A stretch of 60,000 nt of DNA. It comes from Felis catus (taxonomy: Eukaryota). The notes beneath the pieces were generated by a model. It was not told the origin of the DNA, made no database searches, and was given only the letters and a program-made list of their open reading frames with translations. The position numbers were made by a program, and so were the translations under genes. The stretch spans positions 14,262,001 through 14,322,000 of the forward strand of contig NC_058369.1 of NCBI RefSeq assembly GCF_018350175.1, given 5' to 3'. Position 1 is the stretch's first letter; every line of letters starts with the position of its first letter. Below, one piece after another: positions 14,201 through 25,522 of this stretch.

Positions 14201-14571
14201 ATTCCCCTCCCTTCTCTTCCTCTGTATCCACTCCCGCTCCCGGCCGCTTCCGCCCTCTCCTCCCTCTTGTCCGCCCCCAGCCCTCACTGCCTTTCTTCCT
14301 TCTCCAGCCCCTGTCTTCCTCTTCTCCCCTGACTTGTCGCCTCCAGACCCATTGGAACTGGAAGTTTTACAACACTTGCGTTTCTTCTCCCCACCTTTCC
14401 TCCTCTCTTCACTTCCTGCTCCCAGGCCTTTGCTCTGGGTCGCCCTTCGCTCAGCACGGAGGCTCATCCCCCAGAAGCCCCCACAGGTACCCAGGTGGCC
14501 TGAGCCACACCAACATGCAGAGAGCCGCCTCCCAGACCACTCCAATCCTCTTTGTAAAAGCAGTCTGCTCT

Positions 14572-14577
14572 TTTATT
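14572..14577 (-). terminator. TMEM161A: TMEM161A polyadenylation signal
   Basis: tttatt on + = AATAAA on -, about 300 nt after the stop codon. Confidence 0.75.
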
Positions 14578-14873
14578 CAGAAGAATGAACCCCCACTTCT
14601 GCCTCAAATGGGGGAGGGGGGCGTGCCATCTGGGAACAATGGCCCTGGGATCCTCTGCCAGTGGGCCCAGGGCAACAGTTTTGAGGCAGAAACCTGGGAT
14701 CCAAGGGGGCCACAGCTCAGGCACTGCGGTGAAGTGGACCCGCACAGCAGGCGCTGCGGGGACTCCCAGGCCCGCCTTGCACCTGAGGACACTGAGGCAC
14801 ACACGGAGGAGGCGGCCGGGAACCGCTAGCTCGGCCCGGACCTCGGGGCCCCAGGAGCGTCTTCTGCGGGCGG

Positions 14874-15127
14874 CTAGGAGCCCGCCAGGTACCGGTGGAA
14901 GTACAGGCCGAAGAGGCTGGAGAGCAGTTGGCAGGCGGCGGTCCACCAGATGAGGAAGGTGAGGACGCCGCGGAGGAAGAGGGGCGTGAGCAGGCTGCCC
15001 AGGGCCCCTGCGATCCGGGCCGCCGTCTGCTGGGCCTCATCCTCCTCGGGGCCCACCAGGCGATCGTGGGCTGAGGACGGCGGAGGAGACAGCATGGGAA
15101 CCGGGCCCAGGCCCCAGGAGTAGCCGC
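14874..15127 (-). CDS. TMEM161A: TMEM161A exon 12 (last), GYSWGLGPVPMLSPPPSSAH...LFGLYFHRYLAGS*
   Basis: cAG acceptor at 15128-15129, TAG at 14874-14876, 254 nt; TMEM161 C-terminus. Confidence 0.95.
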
Positions 15128-15480
15128 CTGTGAAGGTGAAGGCACAGGCGGGGTTTGACCGCTGGGACCCCCACCCATCGCCACCATCCCAAACTCTGAC
15201 TCCTGCCCCCTACCCCGACTTCGGGCCCCTCCTCCCCTCTCCGCGTCTCCAGGCCCTCGGGGCTCCACCCCCACCCTACCCCCACCCTACCCCCACGTAC
15301 CACCAGGTCGGGTCTCCGGCTCCACCTCCTCCACCTGGCTCAGCTCTAACACCAGCGGCGGCCCGCCCCGCCCCGGCCCCGCCCGCCCCTGGCCCCGCCC
15401 GCCCCTGGCCCCGCCCCGGCCCCGCCCGCGCCAGGCTCCGCCCCCGCCCCGGCCCCGGCCCCGCCCAGGCCCCTTCTCAC

Positions 15481-15577
15481 CCAGCGTCTTGAGCAGCAGC
15501 GTGCAGTTGAAAGTGAGGATGAGGGGCGTCAGGTACTGCAGGCTCACCACTGTCACGTAGCAGTAGACCCGCACCAC
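15481..15577 (-). CDS. TMEM161A: TMEM161A exon 11 VVRVYCYVTVVSLQYLTPLILTFNCTLLLKTLG
   Basis: tAG / G|GTGAGA, 97 nt. Confidence 0.96.
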
Positions 15578-15716
15578 CTAGTGGGCAGGTGGCAGTGGCT
15601 ACGGGGCGGGGGGAGGTGGCAGGGGGCAGCCTTCTGGGCTTCGGGTGACCCTACGCCCCAGGGATCGGGATCCTGCCCTGAGCCCCGTGTTCCCTCCCAA
15701 CCTCGGGAGGCCGTAC

Positions 15717-15891
15717 CCGCCTCTGGATCTCACGGGCCTCTATGCGGCCGGCCTCCCGCCGCAGCTGCTCCACGCGGGCCTTGGCCAGGCACAGGTAGGC
15801 CTGCAGGTGGGGCCGGGTCACGGCCAGCCTTAGCAGGCACAACGCCACCAGCACCCAGAGGCGCAGTGAGTCGAAGGCTGAGTCCGACAGC
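15717..15891 (-). CDS. TMEM161A: TMEM161A exon 10 LSDSAFDSLRLWVLVALCLLRLAVTRPHLQAYLCLAKARVEQLRREAGRIEAREIQRR
   Basis: cAG / CGG|GTACGG, 175 nt. Confidence 0.95.
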
Positions 15892-16038
15892 CTGTGGGGA
15901 GGGGAATGAGGGCGTCGGGAGGCCGCCCCTGCCCTGGGATTTTCCCCCAGGACCCAAGGCTCTTCCCTGAGCCTCAGAGACTGGGGTACACAGAGGGGCC
16001 CCCAGCTGCCCTCCCTCCCAGCCCCACCAGATTCGCAC

Positions 16039-16152
16039 AGGGAGAAGGTCATCTCCCCAGCAGGTGCCTGGTGCAGGAAGTCCCGTGCAATGGGCTTGGT
16101 CCAGAGCCCCAGGATGATCAGAGGGGACAGGAAGCTCATCTGCAGAAGGAAC
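16039..16152 (-). CDS. TMEM161A: TMEM161A exon 9 FLLQMSFLSPLIILGLWTKPIARDFLHQAPAGEMTFSL
   Basis: tAG / CT|GTGCGA, 114 nt. Confidence 0.92.
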
Positions 16153-16254
16153 CTACGGGGCAAGGGCGCAGAGGAGTGAGTCCTGGGCACCCACCATCCC
16201 CCTAGCCCCTCCTTTAGATTCCCAGCCGCCCTCCCATCTGGCACTCCGCGTAAC

Positions 16255-16398
16255 TGCAGCATGGGCCGGTCTTCCGACATGGTCAGCGCATCCAGGTGTG
16301 TCTGGGCCAGCCGCAGGCCTGGAAAGGTGAGGAAGGCCCCCAGCATGGATCCCACGAATGCCAGCCCCATGCGGATAGCCAGCTTGGCCAGAGGGAGC
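16255..16398 (-). CDS. TMEM161A: TMEM161A exon 8 LPLAKLAIRMGLAFVGSMLGAFLTFPGLRLAQTHLDALTMSEDRPMLQ
   Basis: cAG / CA|GTTACG (weak donor), 144 nt; conserved FPGLRLAQ motif. Confidence 0.92.
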
Positions 16399-16496
16399 CT
16401 GAGGAGAAGAGGAGGGTCAGGAGGCTCTGAAGCCTGTCAGTACCCCACCTGCAAGTCACAGCCTGCCCTTGCCCCACCTCACTTCCCAGGACTCAC

Positions 16497-16557
16497 GCCC
16501 AGTCCCAGCCCTGCATCTTCAGAAGTGGCTCCAAGTTCTGGGTCATACTGGCGAGGC
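16497..16557 (-). CDS. TMEM161A: TMEM161A exon 7 LASMTQNLEPLLKMQGWDWA
   Basis: tAG / GC|GTGAGT, 61 nt, phase consistent with neighbours. Confidence 0.93.
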
Positions 16558-17764
16558 CTAGGGAAGACAAGGAGAGGGCAGTGTCTAATAACCGCTGGAG
16601 CCTCAGAGTGTGCTTCTACTCCCCAGATACGTTTCTGCTCCCCAGAGAGAAACGAACCAGTGGGAGCCAGGCCCACTGCCAGGCAAAAGGACTACTTTGT
16701 GCTCTGGATATGGGCGATTTTTTTTTTTTTTTCAACGAATAGGAAGCTGTACCAGGCAGACACCCTTGATTGGACTAGGGGAGATGGGGGTGGGGTAGAC
16801 TACTGAGTCTGAGCTTCCTGGATTATACCAGGAATCCAGAGGGGCATGAAGGACTCCCATAGGAGAAAACCAAAGTTTTGGAAAGAATCCTCAATGCAGG
16901 CCCTTGGATTTTCCACAGAGTAAAAGCAAATAAAAATGAGCTCACAACCAAAATCATCAAACACACCAGGGAATAAATCACAATAAAGGAGAGTCAGCAG
17001 AAAGAAAAAAAGAAAAAAGAAAGAAGGAAAGACAAGTTTATACCCTGCAGACTACAGAAATTTTGTAGGTGTTATCATGTGTGAAACGATTGAGGAAAAT
17101 AAAAGTTGGAGTCACAGAAAGGTGACACGAGGCTACCTCAGATGACCAGTTATATTTGCAAAGGAACGAATTAAGCTCACCCAAAGGGAAAATACAATTA
17201 TTGGAATGATAGGTTGTTAAACGGCATATTCAAATCAGCCAAAGGAGGAATGAATGAATTGGATCCGAAGATCACTCAGATTCCAACTCAGAAAGATAAA
17301 AAGGTAGGAAATATGAAGGGAGATTATGAGCATAGAAATTGCAGCATCAGTCAAAAAGGAGGCCGAGAGAGAGAGAGAAGTGAAGAGAGAATGGAGGAGG
17401 AGAGATCTTGGAAAAGAATGACTGAAAAGTCTGCAGAATGAGTGACACACACAAAGTATATCAAACTGGATAAATACAATGAAATCCATACCTAGACACT
17501 GTAGTGAAACTGGAATACCAAAAACAAAGAGATCGCAAAGCAGCCAGGGATTTAAGACAGATCACCTATAGAGGAAAGACAATTAGATTGGCAGCCAATG
17601 TCGACAGCAATCACAGAAAAAGAACAAATAGAAAGTGAAAAGGCAAGATGGCAGAAACAATGTCAAATATGTCAGTAATCATAATAAATGTAAGCAGGTT
17701 AAACTTTAAAGTTAAATGACACAGACTGTCAGACTTGATTGAAAATACCCAGCTATATGTTTTT

Positions 17765-17980
17765 AAAAAAATTTTTTTTAATGTTTATTTGTTTTTGAGA
17801 GACAGAGTGTGAGTGGGGGAGGGGCAGAGAGAGAGAGAGAGAAAGACACAGAATCTGAAGAGGCTCCAGGCTCTGAGCTGTCAGCACAGAGCCCGATGCA
17901 GGGGCTCTAACTCACAAGCCATGAGATCATGACCTGAGCCGAAGTCAGACGCTTAATGGACTGAGCCACCCGGGCGCCCC
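17765..17980 (-). mobile_element. Felid Can-SINE
   Basis: consensus body. Confidence 0.9.
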
Positions 17981-18450
17981 GCGGCTCTATGTTTTTTAAA
18001 GGAGACATACCTCAACATAAGGTTCCTGTAAGGTTGAAAGAAAAGGGATGTTAAAAAGTCATGACAAATACTACTCAAAAGAAAGGTGGGATTGTGTATT
18101 TGAGAGTTGCTAAGGGAGTAGATCATCACAAGAACAAAAAAAGTTATAACTGTATGGTGATGAATGTTAACCAGATTAATCCTAGGGATCATTCTGTAAT
18201 GTATACAAATATTAAATCTTGATGTTGTATACCTGAAACTAACAATGTTATATGTCAATTATATGTCAACTAAAGAAAAGAAAGCTGGAAAGGCTACATT
18301 TTTGCCACACAAACTACAGTAAGACAGAATGTATTATTAGAATCAGAATACATCCTAATAAAATGGTTGATTCACCAGGAATATGTAGCAATTCTAAACT
18401 TGTAAACACCTTGTCAGTTAGCCACAAAACATATAAAGAAAACACTGATA

Positions 18451-18715
18451 GGGGCGCCTGGGTGGCTCAGTCGGTTAAGTGGCCGACTTGGGCTCAGGTC
18501 ATGATCTCGCGGTCTGTGAGTTCTAGCTCCGCATTGGGCTCTATGCTGGCAGCTCGGAGCCTGGAGCCTGCTTCGGATTCTGTGTCTCCCTCTCTCTGCC
18601 CCTCCCCCATTCACACTCTGTCTCTCTGCCTTTAAAAAATGAATAAATGTTTAAAAAAATTGTAAAAATGTAAAAAATGTAAAAAAAAGTTGTAAAAAAA
18701 AAACAAAAAACAAAA
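18451..18715 (+). mobile_element. Felid Can-SINE
   Basis: consensus body; aaaacactga on both flanks. Confidence 0.92.
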
Positions 18716-18999
18716 ACACTGACAGAATAATCTGGACAAATTGAGGGCTCCACCATCTCCAAGGGAGATTAACCCTTTAATGACTGACCAAAAGTTAGGA
18801 AGGAAGGAGATTTGAATTTATTGGGTAGAGTCAGGGAATAAATGTTCTTCAAAAAGTCACTAAAACTGATCATATTCTAAGGCTATGATGCAAGTCTTAA
18901 CAAATTTTAAAGGATTTACTTCAAGTAGACCATCTTCTGTAAGCATACTGCAATTAAGCTAGAAAAAAATTTTTTAACAACTTAAAGTTCCACATTCAA

Positions 19000-19380
19000 G
19001 GGGCACCTCCTAGCTCAGTCCATGGAGCTTGCAACTCTTGAGTTCCAGGTTGTGAATTCGAGCCCCATGCTGGATGGAGAGATTACTTAAAAAACATAAA
19101 ATCTTAAAAAAATAAATAAAGTTCCACGTTTGAAGTTTCTTAACAAGGTTGGGGCGCCTGGGTGGCTCAGTCGGTTGAGCGTCCGACTTCAGCCAGGTCA
19201 CGATCTCGCGGTCCGGGAGTTCAAGCCCCGCGTCGGGCTCTGGGCTGACGGCTCGGAGCCTGGAGCCTGCTTCCGATTCTGTGTCTCCCTCTCTCTCTGC
19301 CCCTCCCCTGTTCACGCTCTGTCTCTCTCTGTCCCAAAAATAAATAAACATTAAAAAAAATAATAAAAAAATTAAAAAAC
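19000..19380 (+). mobile_element. Two Can-SINEs (short one about 19000-19120; young full-length one 19151-19380)
   Basis: GGGGC(A/G)CC heads and A-rich tails. Confidence 0.9.
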
Positions 19381-19819
19381 GGTTAAAAAAGAAATCACAA
19401 TGGAAACTTTAAAATACCCAGAACTGCCTGATGATGAAAATTACAAGTCAAAACTCATGGGGTGGACAAAAGTGGGACTTAGTAAAATATTGACAGCCGT
19501 ATATGTGATAAATGCTAGAAATAGAAGCAGCTAAAAATTAATGACGTAAGTAGTCAACTAAGAAATTGGAAACAAGAGAAAAGCCTACCAGAGGAGTGCT
19601 ATATAATACAAAAGCCAGAGGTCCTAGCCACACAAAAGGGAAAAGTTGGACAAGATGAAAGAAAACCACAAGAACCCACAATTCACTAAAAATACAATTG
19701 TATAGCAAGGTTGTCCCATGGAAAACACTCAGTTTGATCCCTATCTCATAGCACAGTAGTGAACTACCAGGAGTTTAAGGGTTTATGTGAAAGGTAAAAC
19801 TTGAAGTATATACGTATAT

Positions 19820-19872
19820 AGTATTTGAGAGAGAGAGAGAGCACAAGTGCAAGTGGGAGAGAGGGGCACTGG

Positions 19873-19912
<40 letters not shown>

Positions 19913-20035
19913 CTTAAGCAGGCTCCACACTTAGCTCAAAGCCCGACCCAAGGCTCGATCCCACGACGCTGGGATCACGGCCTGAGCCAAAATCAAGAGA
20001 AGGATGCTCAACTGACTGAGCTACGCAGGCACCCC
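19820..20035 (-). mobile_element. Can-SINE
   Basis: GA tract, ..actgactgagctacgcaggcacccc. Confidence 0.85.
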
Positions 20036-20790
20036 CAAAACTTGAAATATTGTGTTGGAAAATATAAAAGTCTTTCTGATTGTAGGGAAAGGAAGGAAAT
20101 TTCTTCAAGACAAAAACCAGCTAAAATAATGAGTTGCTTGCTGTCCATCAAAAGACACCAGAGGTGAAGGTTACAGCTGTATTCAATGGCTCAGCCCAAA
20201 AAAGTGTGGTGTGTGTGCGTGTGGAGAAAAGATAATGCAAACATGGCCAAAGGAAGCTAGGTCAAGGGCGTATGGAGTGTCATTAGAGGATTCTTTGAAC
20301 TGTTCTGTATGTTTGAAATTTTTCAAAATACGGAATTTGGGGACAATTTTTTTCAAGAGGAAAACACACCACAAAGAAAGTGAAAAGCTACACCACAAAT
20401 TAGAGGATACAGTTCTCCCCTGCTCACACCCACATTTTAACTTCTTTAAAATTGGGATACATAGGACCATTGATGGCATATAATACTTTAAGCAACAGTG
20501 TTTTTTATCTTCTTTCAGCAGTTCATGAAATAATGGTGTGTCAGATTTGATAGGAGGAAGTATGTGCAACACATGTAATGAAGGTTCAGTTTCCAGAATA
20601 TATAAAGAAACTCTGAAAACCAACAAGAAAAAAAAAAAATAAAGATATATAGCCCAAGAAAAGCTTCATAACATTGGATTTGACAATGATGTCTTGGATA
20701 TGATACCAAAGGTACACACAACAACAACAAAAAAAGTAGATAATTTGGACTCATGAGAATTAAACATTTTTGTACATCAAAAGATACGAC

Positions 20791-20981
20791 TGGGGTGCCT
20801 GGGTGCCTCAGTCAGTTAAGCGTCAACTCTTGATTTCGGCTCAGGTCATAATCTCAGAGTTCATGGGTTTGAGCCGTGGGTCGGGCTCCACACTGACGGT
20901 GTGGAGCCTGCTTGGGATTCTCTTTCTCCCTCTCTCTCTGCCTTTCCCATGCTCTCTCTCTCTCTCTCAAAATGGATAAAG

Positions 20982-21014
<33 letters not shown>
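20791..21014 (+). mobile_element. Can-SINE followed by (CA)n
   Basis: SINE head and CT tract; CA run about 20984-21014. Confidence 0.88.
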
Positions 21015-21017
<3 letters not shown>

Positions 21018-21174
21018 AATTGAGTGAAAAGGCAACCCACATCACTGGAGAAAATATTTGCAAATCATACATACGATAAGGGATTCATATCCCGAATATA
21101 GAATATAGAGAGAGAACTCTGAAAACTGATCACGAAAAAAATAGGTTCAAACAAAAGGCAAAGCGGGGAGCGGG

Positions 21175-21450
21175 GTGGTGCCTGTCTGGCTCAGTTGGTA
21201 GAGAGTACAACTCTTGATCTCAAGCTTGTGAGTTCAAGTCTCATGTTGGATGTAGAGATAACTTAAAAATAAACTCTTTGTGGGGTGCCTGGGTGGCTTA
21301 GTTGGTTAAGCATCCGACTCGATCTTGGCTCAGGTCATGATCTCACGGTTCGTGAGACTGAGCCCCACAACAGGATTCGCTCTCTCCCTCTCTGCCCCTC
21401 CACTGTGTGCACTCTTGCTCTCTCAAAATAAATACAATAAACTTTAAAAA
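21175..21450 (+). mobile_element. Two adjacent Can-SINEs
   Basis: heads near 21175 and 21282. Confidence 0.82.
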
Positions 21451-21521
21451 ATTAACATAGAATTACCATATAATCCAGCAATTCCACCTCGGGTCTATAC
21501 CCAAAAGAATAAAAAGCAGGG

Positions 21522-22930
21522 TGGCACAAGAACAGACACTCAGATCAATGGAACAGAACAGAGAACCCAGAAATGGACCCACAAATATATGGCCAACTAA
21601 TCTTTGACAAAGCAGAAAAGAATAGCCAATGGAAAAAGACAGTCTCCTCAGCAAGTGGTGCTGGGAGAACTGGACAGCGACATGCAGAACAATGAACCTG
21701 GACCACTTTCTTACACCAGACACAAAAATAAACTCAAAATGGATGAAAGACCTCAATGGAAGACAGGAAGCCATCAAAATCCTCGAGGAGAAAGCAGGCA
21801 AAAACCTCTTTGATCTTGGCTGCAGCAACTTCTTACTCAACGCATCTCCGGAGGCAAGGGGAACAAAAGCAAAAATGAACTATTGGGACCTCATCAAAAT
21901 AAAAAGCTTCTGCACAGCGAAGGAAACAATCAGCAAAACTAAAAGGCAACTGACAGAATGGGAGAAGATCTTTGCAAACAACATATCAGATAAGGGGTTA
22001 GTATCCAAAATCCATAAAGAACTTATCAGACTCAACACCCAAAAAACAAATAATCCAGTGAAGAAATGGGCAAAAGACATGAAGAGAACTTCTCCAAAGA
22101 AGACATCCAGGTGGCCACCCGACACATGAAAAGATGCTCAACATCACTCATCATCAGGGAAAGACAAATCAAAACCACAATGAGATACCACCTTACACCT
22201 GGCAGAATAGCTAACAACTCAGGCAACAACAGATGTTGGCGAGGATGCGGAGAAAGAGGATCTCTTTTGCACTGCTGGTAGAAATGCAAACTGGTGTGGC
22301 CACTCTGGAAAAGAGTATGGAGGATCCTCAAAAAATTAAAAATAGAACTACCCTACAACCCAGCAAATGCACTACTAGGCATTTATCCAAGGGATATGGG
22401 TATGCTGTTTCAAAGGGGCACACGCACCCCAGTGTTTATAGCAGCACTATCAACAACAGCCAAAGTATGGAAAGAGCCCAAATGTCCATCGATGGATGGA
22501 TGAATGGATAAAGAAGATGTGGTATATATATACAATGGAGTATTACTCGGCAACCAAAATGAATGAAATCTTGCCATTTGCAACTATGTGGATGGAACCG
22601 GAGGGTATTATGCTAGGTGAAATCAGTCAGTCAAAGAAAGACAAATATCGTATGACTTCACTCATATGAGGACTTTAAGATGCAGAACAGATGAACACAA
22701 GGGAAGGGAAGAAAAAAAATAATATAAAAACAGGGAGGGGGACAAAACAGAAGAGACTCTTAAATAGGGAGAACAAACAGAGGGTTACGGGAGCGGTTGT
22801 GGGAGGGGGGAGGGGCTAAATGGGGAAGGGGCATTAAGGAATCTACTCATGAAATCGTTGTTGCACTATATGCTAACTAACTTGGATGTAAATTTAGAAA
22901 AAATAAAAATAATTTAAAAAAAAAAGAAGA
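21522..22930 (+). mobile_element. 5'-truncated carnivore L1 (ORF2 C-terminus, 3' UTR, A tail)
   Basis: ORF2 peptides [34 protein letters not shown] and IELPYNPA with frameshifts; G-rich 3' UTR; degenerate 19-nt TSD 21504-21522 / 22923-22941. Confidence 0.95.
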
Positions 22931-23415
22931 AAACCCAGGGTTTTGAAGAGATGCTTGTACACCCATGTTCAGAGCAACACTGTTCACAATAGCTAAAACA
23001 TAAGGCAACATAAATGTCCATCGATACATGAATGGATGAGCAAAATGGGGTATATTCATGCGATGGAATATTATTGAGCCTTAAAAAGGAAGAAGATTTG
23101 GACATTGGTTACAACATGGATGAACTTTAAGGACATTACACTGAGTGAAATAAGCCAGCCACTAAAAGACAGATGCTGCACGATTCCTCTCATATAAAGC
23201 ACCAAGAGTGGTCAGATTCATAGAGACAGAAAATACGATGGAAGGAGCCCAGGGCTGGGGCTGGGGGATGGAGAGTCAGTGTTTAATGGGGACAGAGTTT
23301 CAGATGCGCAAGGCGAAAACGCAGGAAATGGATGGTGATGATGTTCGCACGATAATGTGAATGTACTTAATGCCACTGAAGTGTATGCTTAAAAATGGTT
23401 AAAAGGGTAACTTTT

Positions 23416-23640
23416 AGGGGCGCCTGGGTGGCTCGGTCAGTTGGGCGTCTGACTTCGGCTCAGGTCATGATCTCGCAGAGTGTGAGTTCAAGCCCCGCGT
23501 TGGGCTCTGTGCTGACAGCCTAGAGCCTGGAGCCGGCTTCAGATTCTGTGTCTCCATCTCTCTCTGCCCCTCCCCGGCTCTCTCTCTCTCTCTCTCTCTG
23601 CCCCCCAAAATAAAATTTTTAAAAATACTGAAAAAAAATT
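23416..23640 (+). mobile_element. Felid Can-SINE
   Basis: consensus body. Confidence 0.9.
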
Positions 23641-25370
23641 TTTTTAAAGAATATTCCCCACAGCGACTGTGAAAAGCTAAAATCTGGAAACCACCTAAAT
23701 GTCCATCAACAGGAGAAAGGAAAAGTAAAGATAAGTGGTCTCATGAGAGAACATCATTCATCCGTGAGATGAACTAAAGCCACCCAGACCAACGTGGCCT
23801 AGTTTTGTAAACAATACCACCGAAGACAGAAAAGTACCAGTGGGCAGACTGCACACTGGCTGAAACCATCCAAGACAGTGAGCAAAACTGTATGATGAAT
23901 TCTTCAGGGACAGAAGCATGAGTGATGAAACTTTTTTTGTTTTTTAAGGCGAAGGAATGATAAACACAAAGTTTGAGAGACTGGTTGGGGCTGTGAGTAG
24001 GGGAGGAAGGTTGGTGGGATTGGGAAGCAGCACCAGAATCACGCAGGAACGTTGGGAATGTTCTAGTATTCATTTGAGAGGTGAGCTCATTACATTGTTA
24101 TTTTGCTTTGTAATTTACATATACATGTTCATCGATGTGTGCGTGTTTATATATATAAAACAGTATATAATTTTAAAAATCAAAAAGCAGGGAGAATTGG
24201 TGGAGATGAAGCTCAAGGAGCAGGCAGAGAGGTGTGCGGACCATGGTGAGTATTTTGATCTTTATCCAAAGACCCTAGAGTCTGGTATTAGGCAGAGAGG
24301 TGATGTGATCCAAATTCTATTTTTAAAAGATCGTCGTCCAAAGAGTAAGTCAAAAGAAAAATGAGCAACTAAGAAAAAATATTTGCAGCTACTATCATAC
24401 ACAAAGGCTACTGTCTTTAATATACAAAGAGCTCCTACAAATCAATAAGAGAGCCAACAACCCAGTAGAAAACTGAGCAAAAGAACAGAACTTTTCTGGA
24501 AGGAAGATAGAAATGACTCTTCAACATATGAAAAGGTACTCGACCTCGCTTATATTCTCATCCATCAGGTTACCCAAGACAAAAAAAGTCTGAGGAAACA
24601 CATTGGAGAGAATTTAAGGAAACAGGAACTTCACTCATCTTTTCCTAAATGGTAAGTTGCAACATTATCAAAATTACAAATGCACTTTCTCGCACAGGGC
24701 CACATGCGTATTCCCGTATAACACTGCTTTATAACGCAATTTTGTATAACATTGTTTAATAGCGAGAGACTTGGATGTCTGTAAGTAGCAGACTGGTTAA
24801 ATAATCACGGGACATCCATTAAATGAAATACTATGTGGGTACTACCAAAAAAACCGCACCGTATGTAGCATCAAGGGACAAACTCCAAGTTGATGTTTTT
24901 AAGGGGAAAAGGCGGCGTAGGAGCCATAAACTCTACCACTTCATGGGAGCAAAGGAAAGTGGCCCCCCAGGTTTCCTCTCGGAAGGAGAGGCAGTGTGGG
25001 TGATTTTTCCTCGATACGTATCCTCTTGGACTTTATGAATTTCGTGCCATTTACCCATTTCCTTCACCAGATCAAATTCGACTAGGTAGATATTAAATCA
25101 CAATGGCTGCCAGGGAGAGGACAGATGAGGGGAACAGAAGTGCCCTGTGGAGAAAGACAGCTGCAGGCACCCATCAGAGACAGTGAGACAGGATATCCTC
25201 TTGCCCCCAAAGCCCCGGGGGGTGCCCAGGGTAGCCAGCATCCACAGAGACACTCAGGCCCAAGAAGTCCCCCCCTTCACCTGTTCCCGTGCCGCTTAAA
25301 CCCCACCCTCACCAACTTCCGGGAGGGAGTGATGGGCGTGGGGACCCCATGCCCCAAAGACCGCACATAC

Positions 25371-25522
25371 CTGGCTCCAGGCCCAGCTCCAGAGTCTCCT
25401 CCCGCACCACCTGCACCAGCATGGCCAGGAGCAGGAAGAGGAAGGCAAAGGTGAGGCACACAGAGCGTTCACCCCCCTCCTCTGCGCTGAAATACAACCG
25501 GGTCACTGTCAGGAACATCTTG
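25371..25522 (-). CDS. TMEM161A: TMEM161A exon 6 KMFLTVTRLYFSAEEGGERSVCLTFAFLFLLLAMLVQVVREETLELGLEPG
   Basis: cccccAG / G|GTATGT, 152 nt. Confidence 0.96.

Larger units (their letters stand above)
16900..24850 (+). mobile_element. Block of fragmented old L1 sequence (ORF1, ORF2 and 3' pieces) filling TMEM161A intron 6, antisense to the gene
   Basis: A-rich + strand; ORF1-like atccatacctagacac..gatcaccta; endonuclease-start-like gtaatcataataaatgtaa; L1M 3' ends near 18090-18275, 21450-21520 and 22940-23410. Confidence 0.75.

Noticed and set aside
13999..14829. 276-aa + strand ORF antisense to the TMEM161A 3' end
   Set aside because: Low-complexity translation of a pyrimidine-rich strand that is naturally poor in stop codons; no splice or homology support.
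21629..22503. ORFs with clear protein similarity
   Set aside because: Frameshifted L1 ORF2 C-terminus from a 5'-truncated copy; neither a host gene nor an active element.
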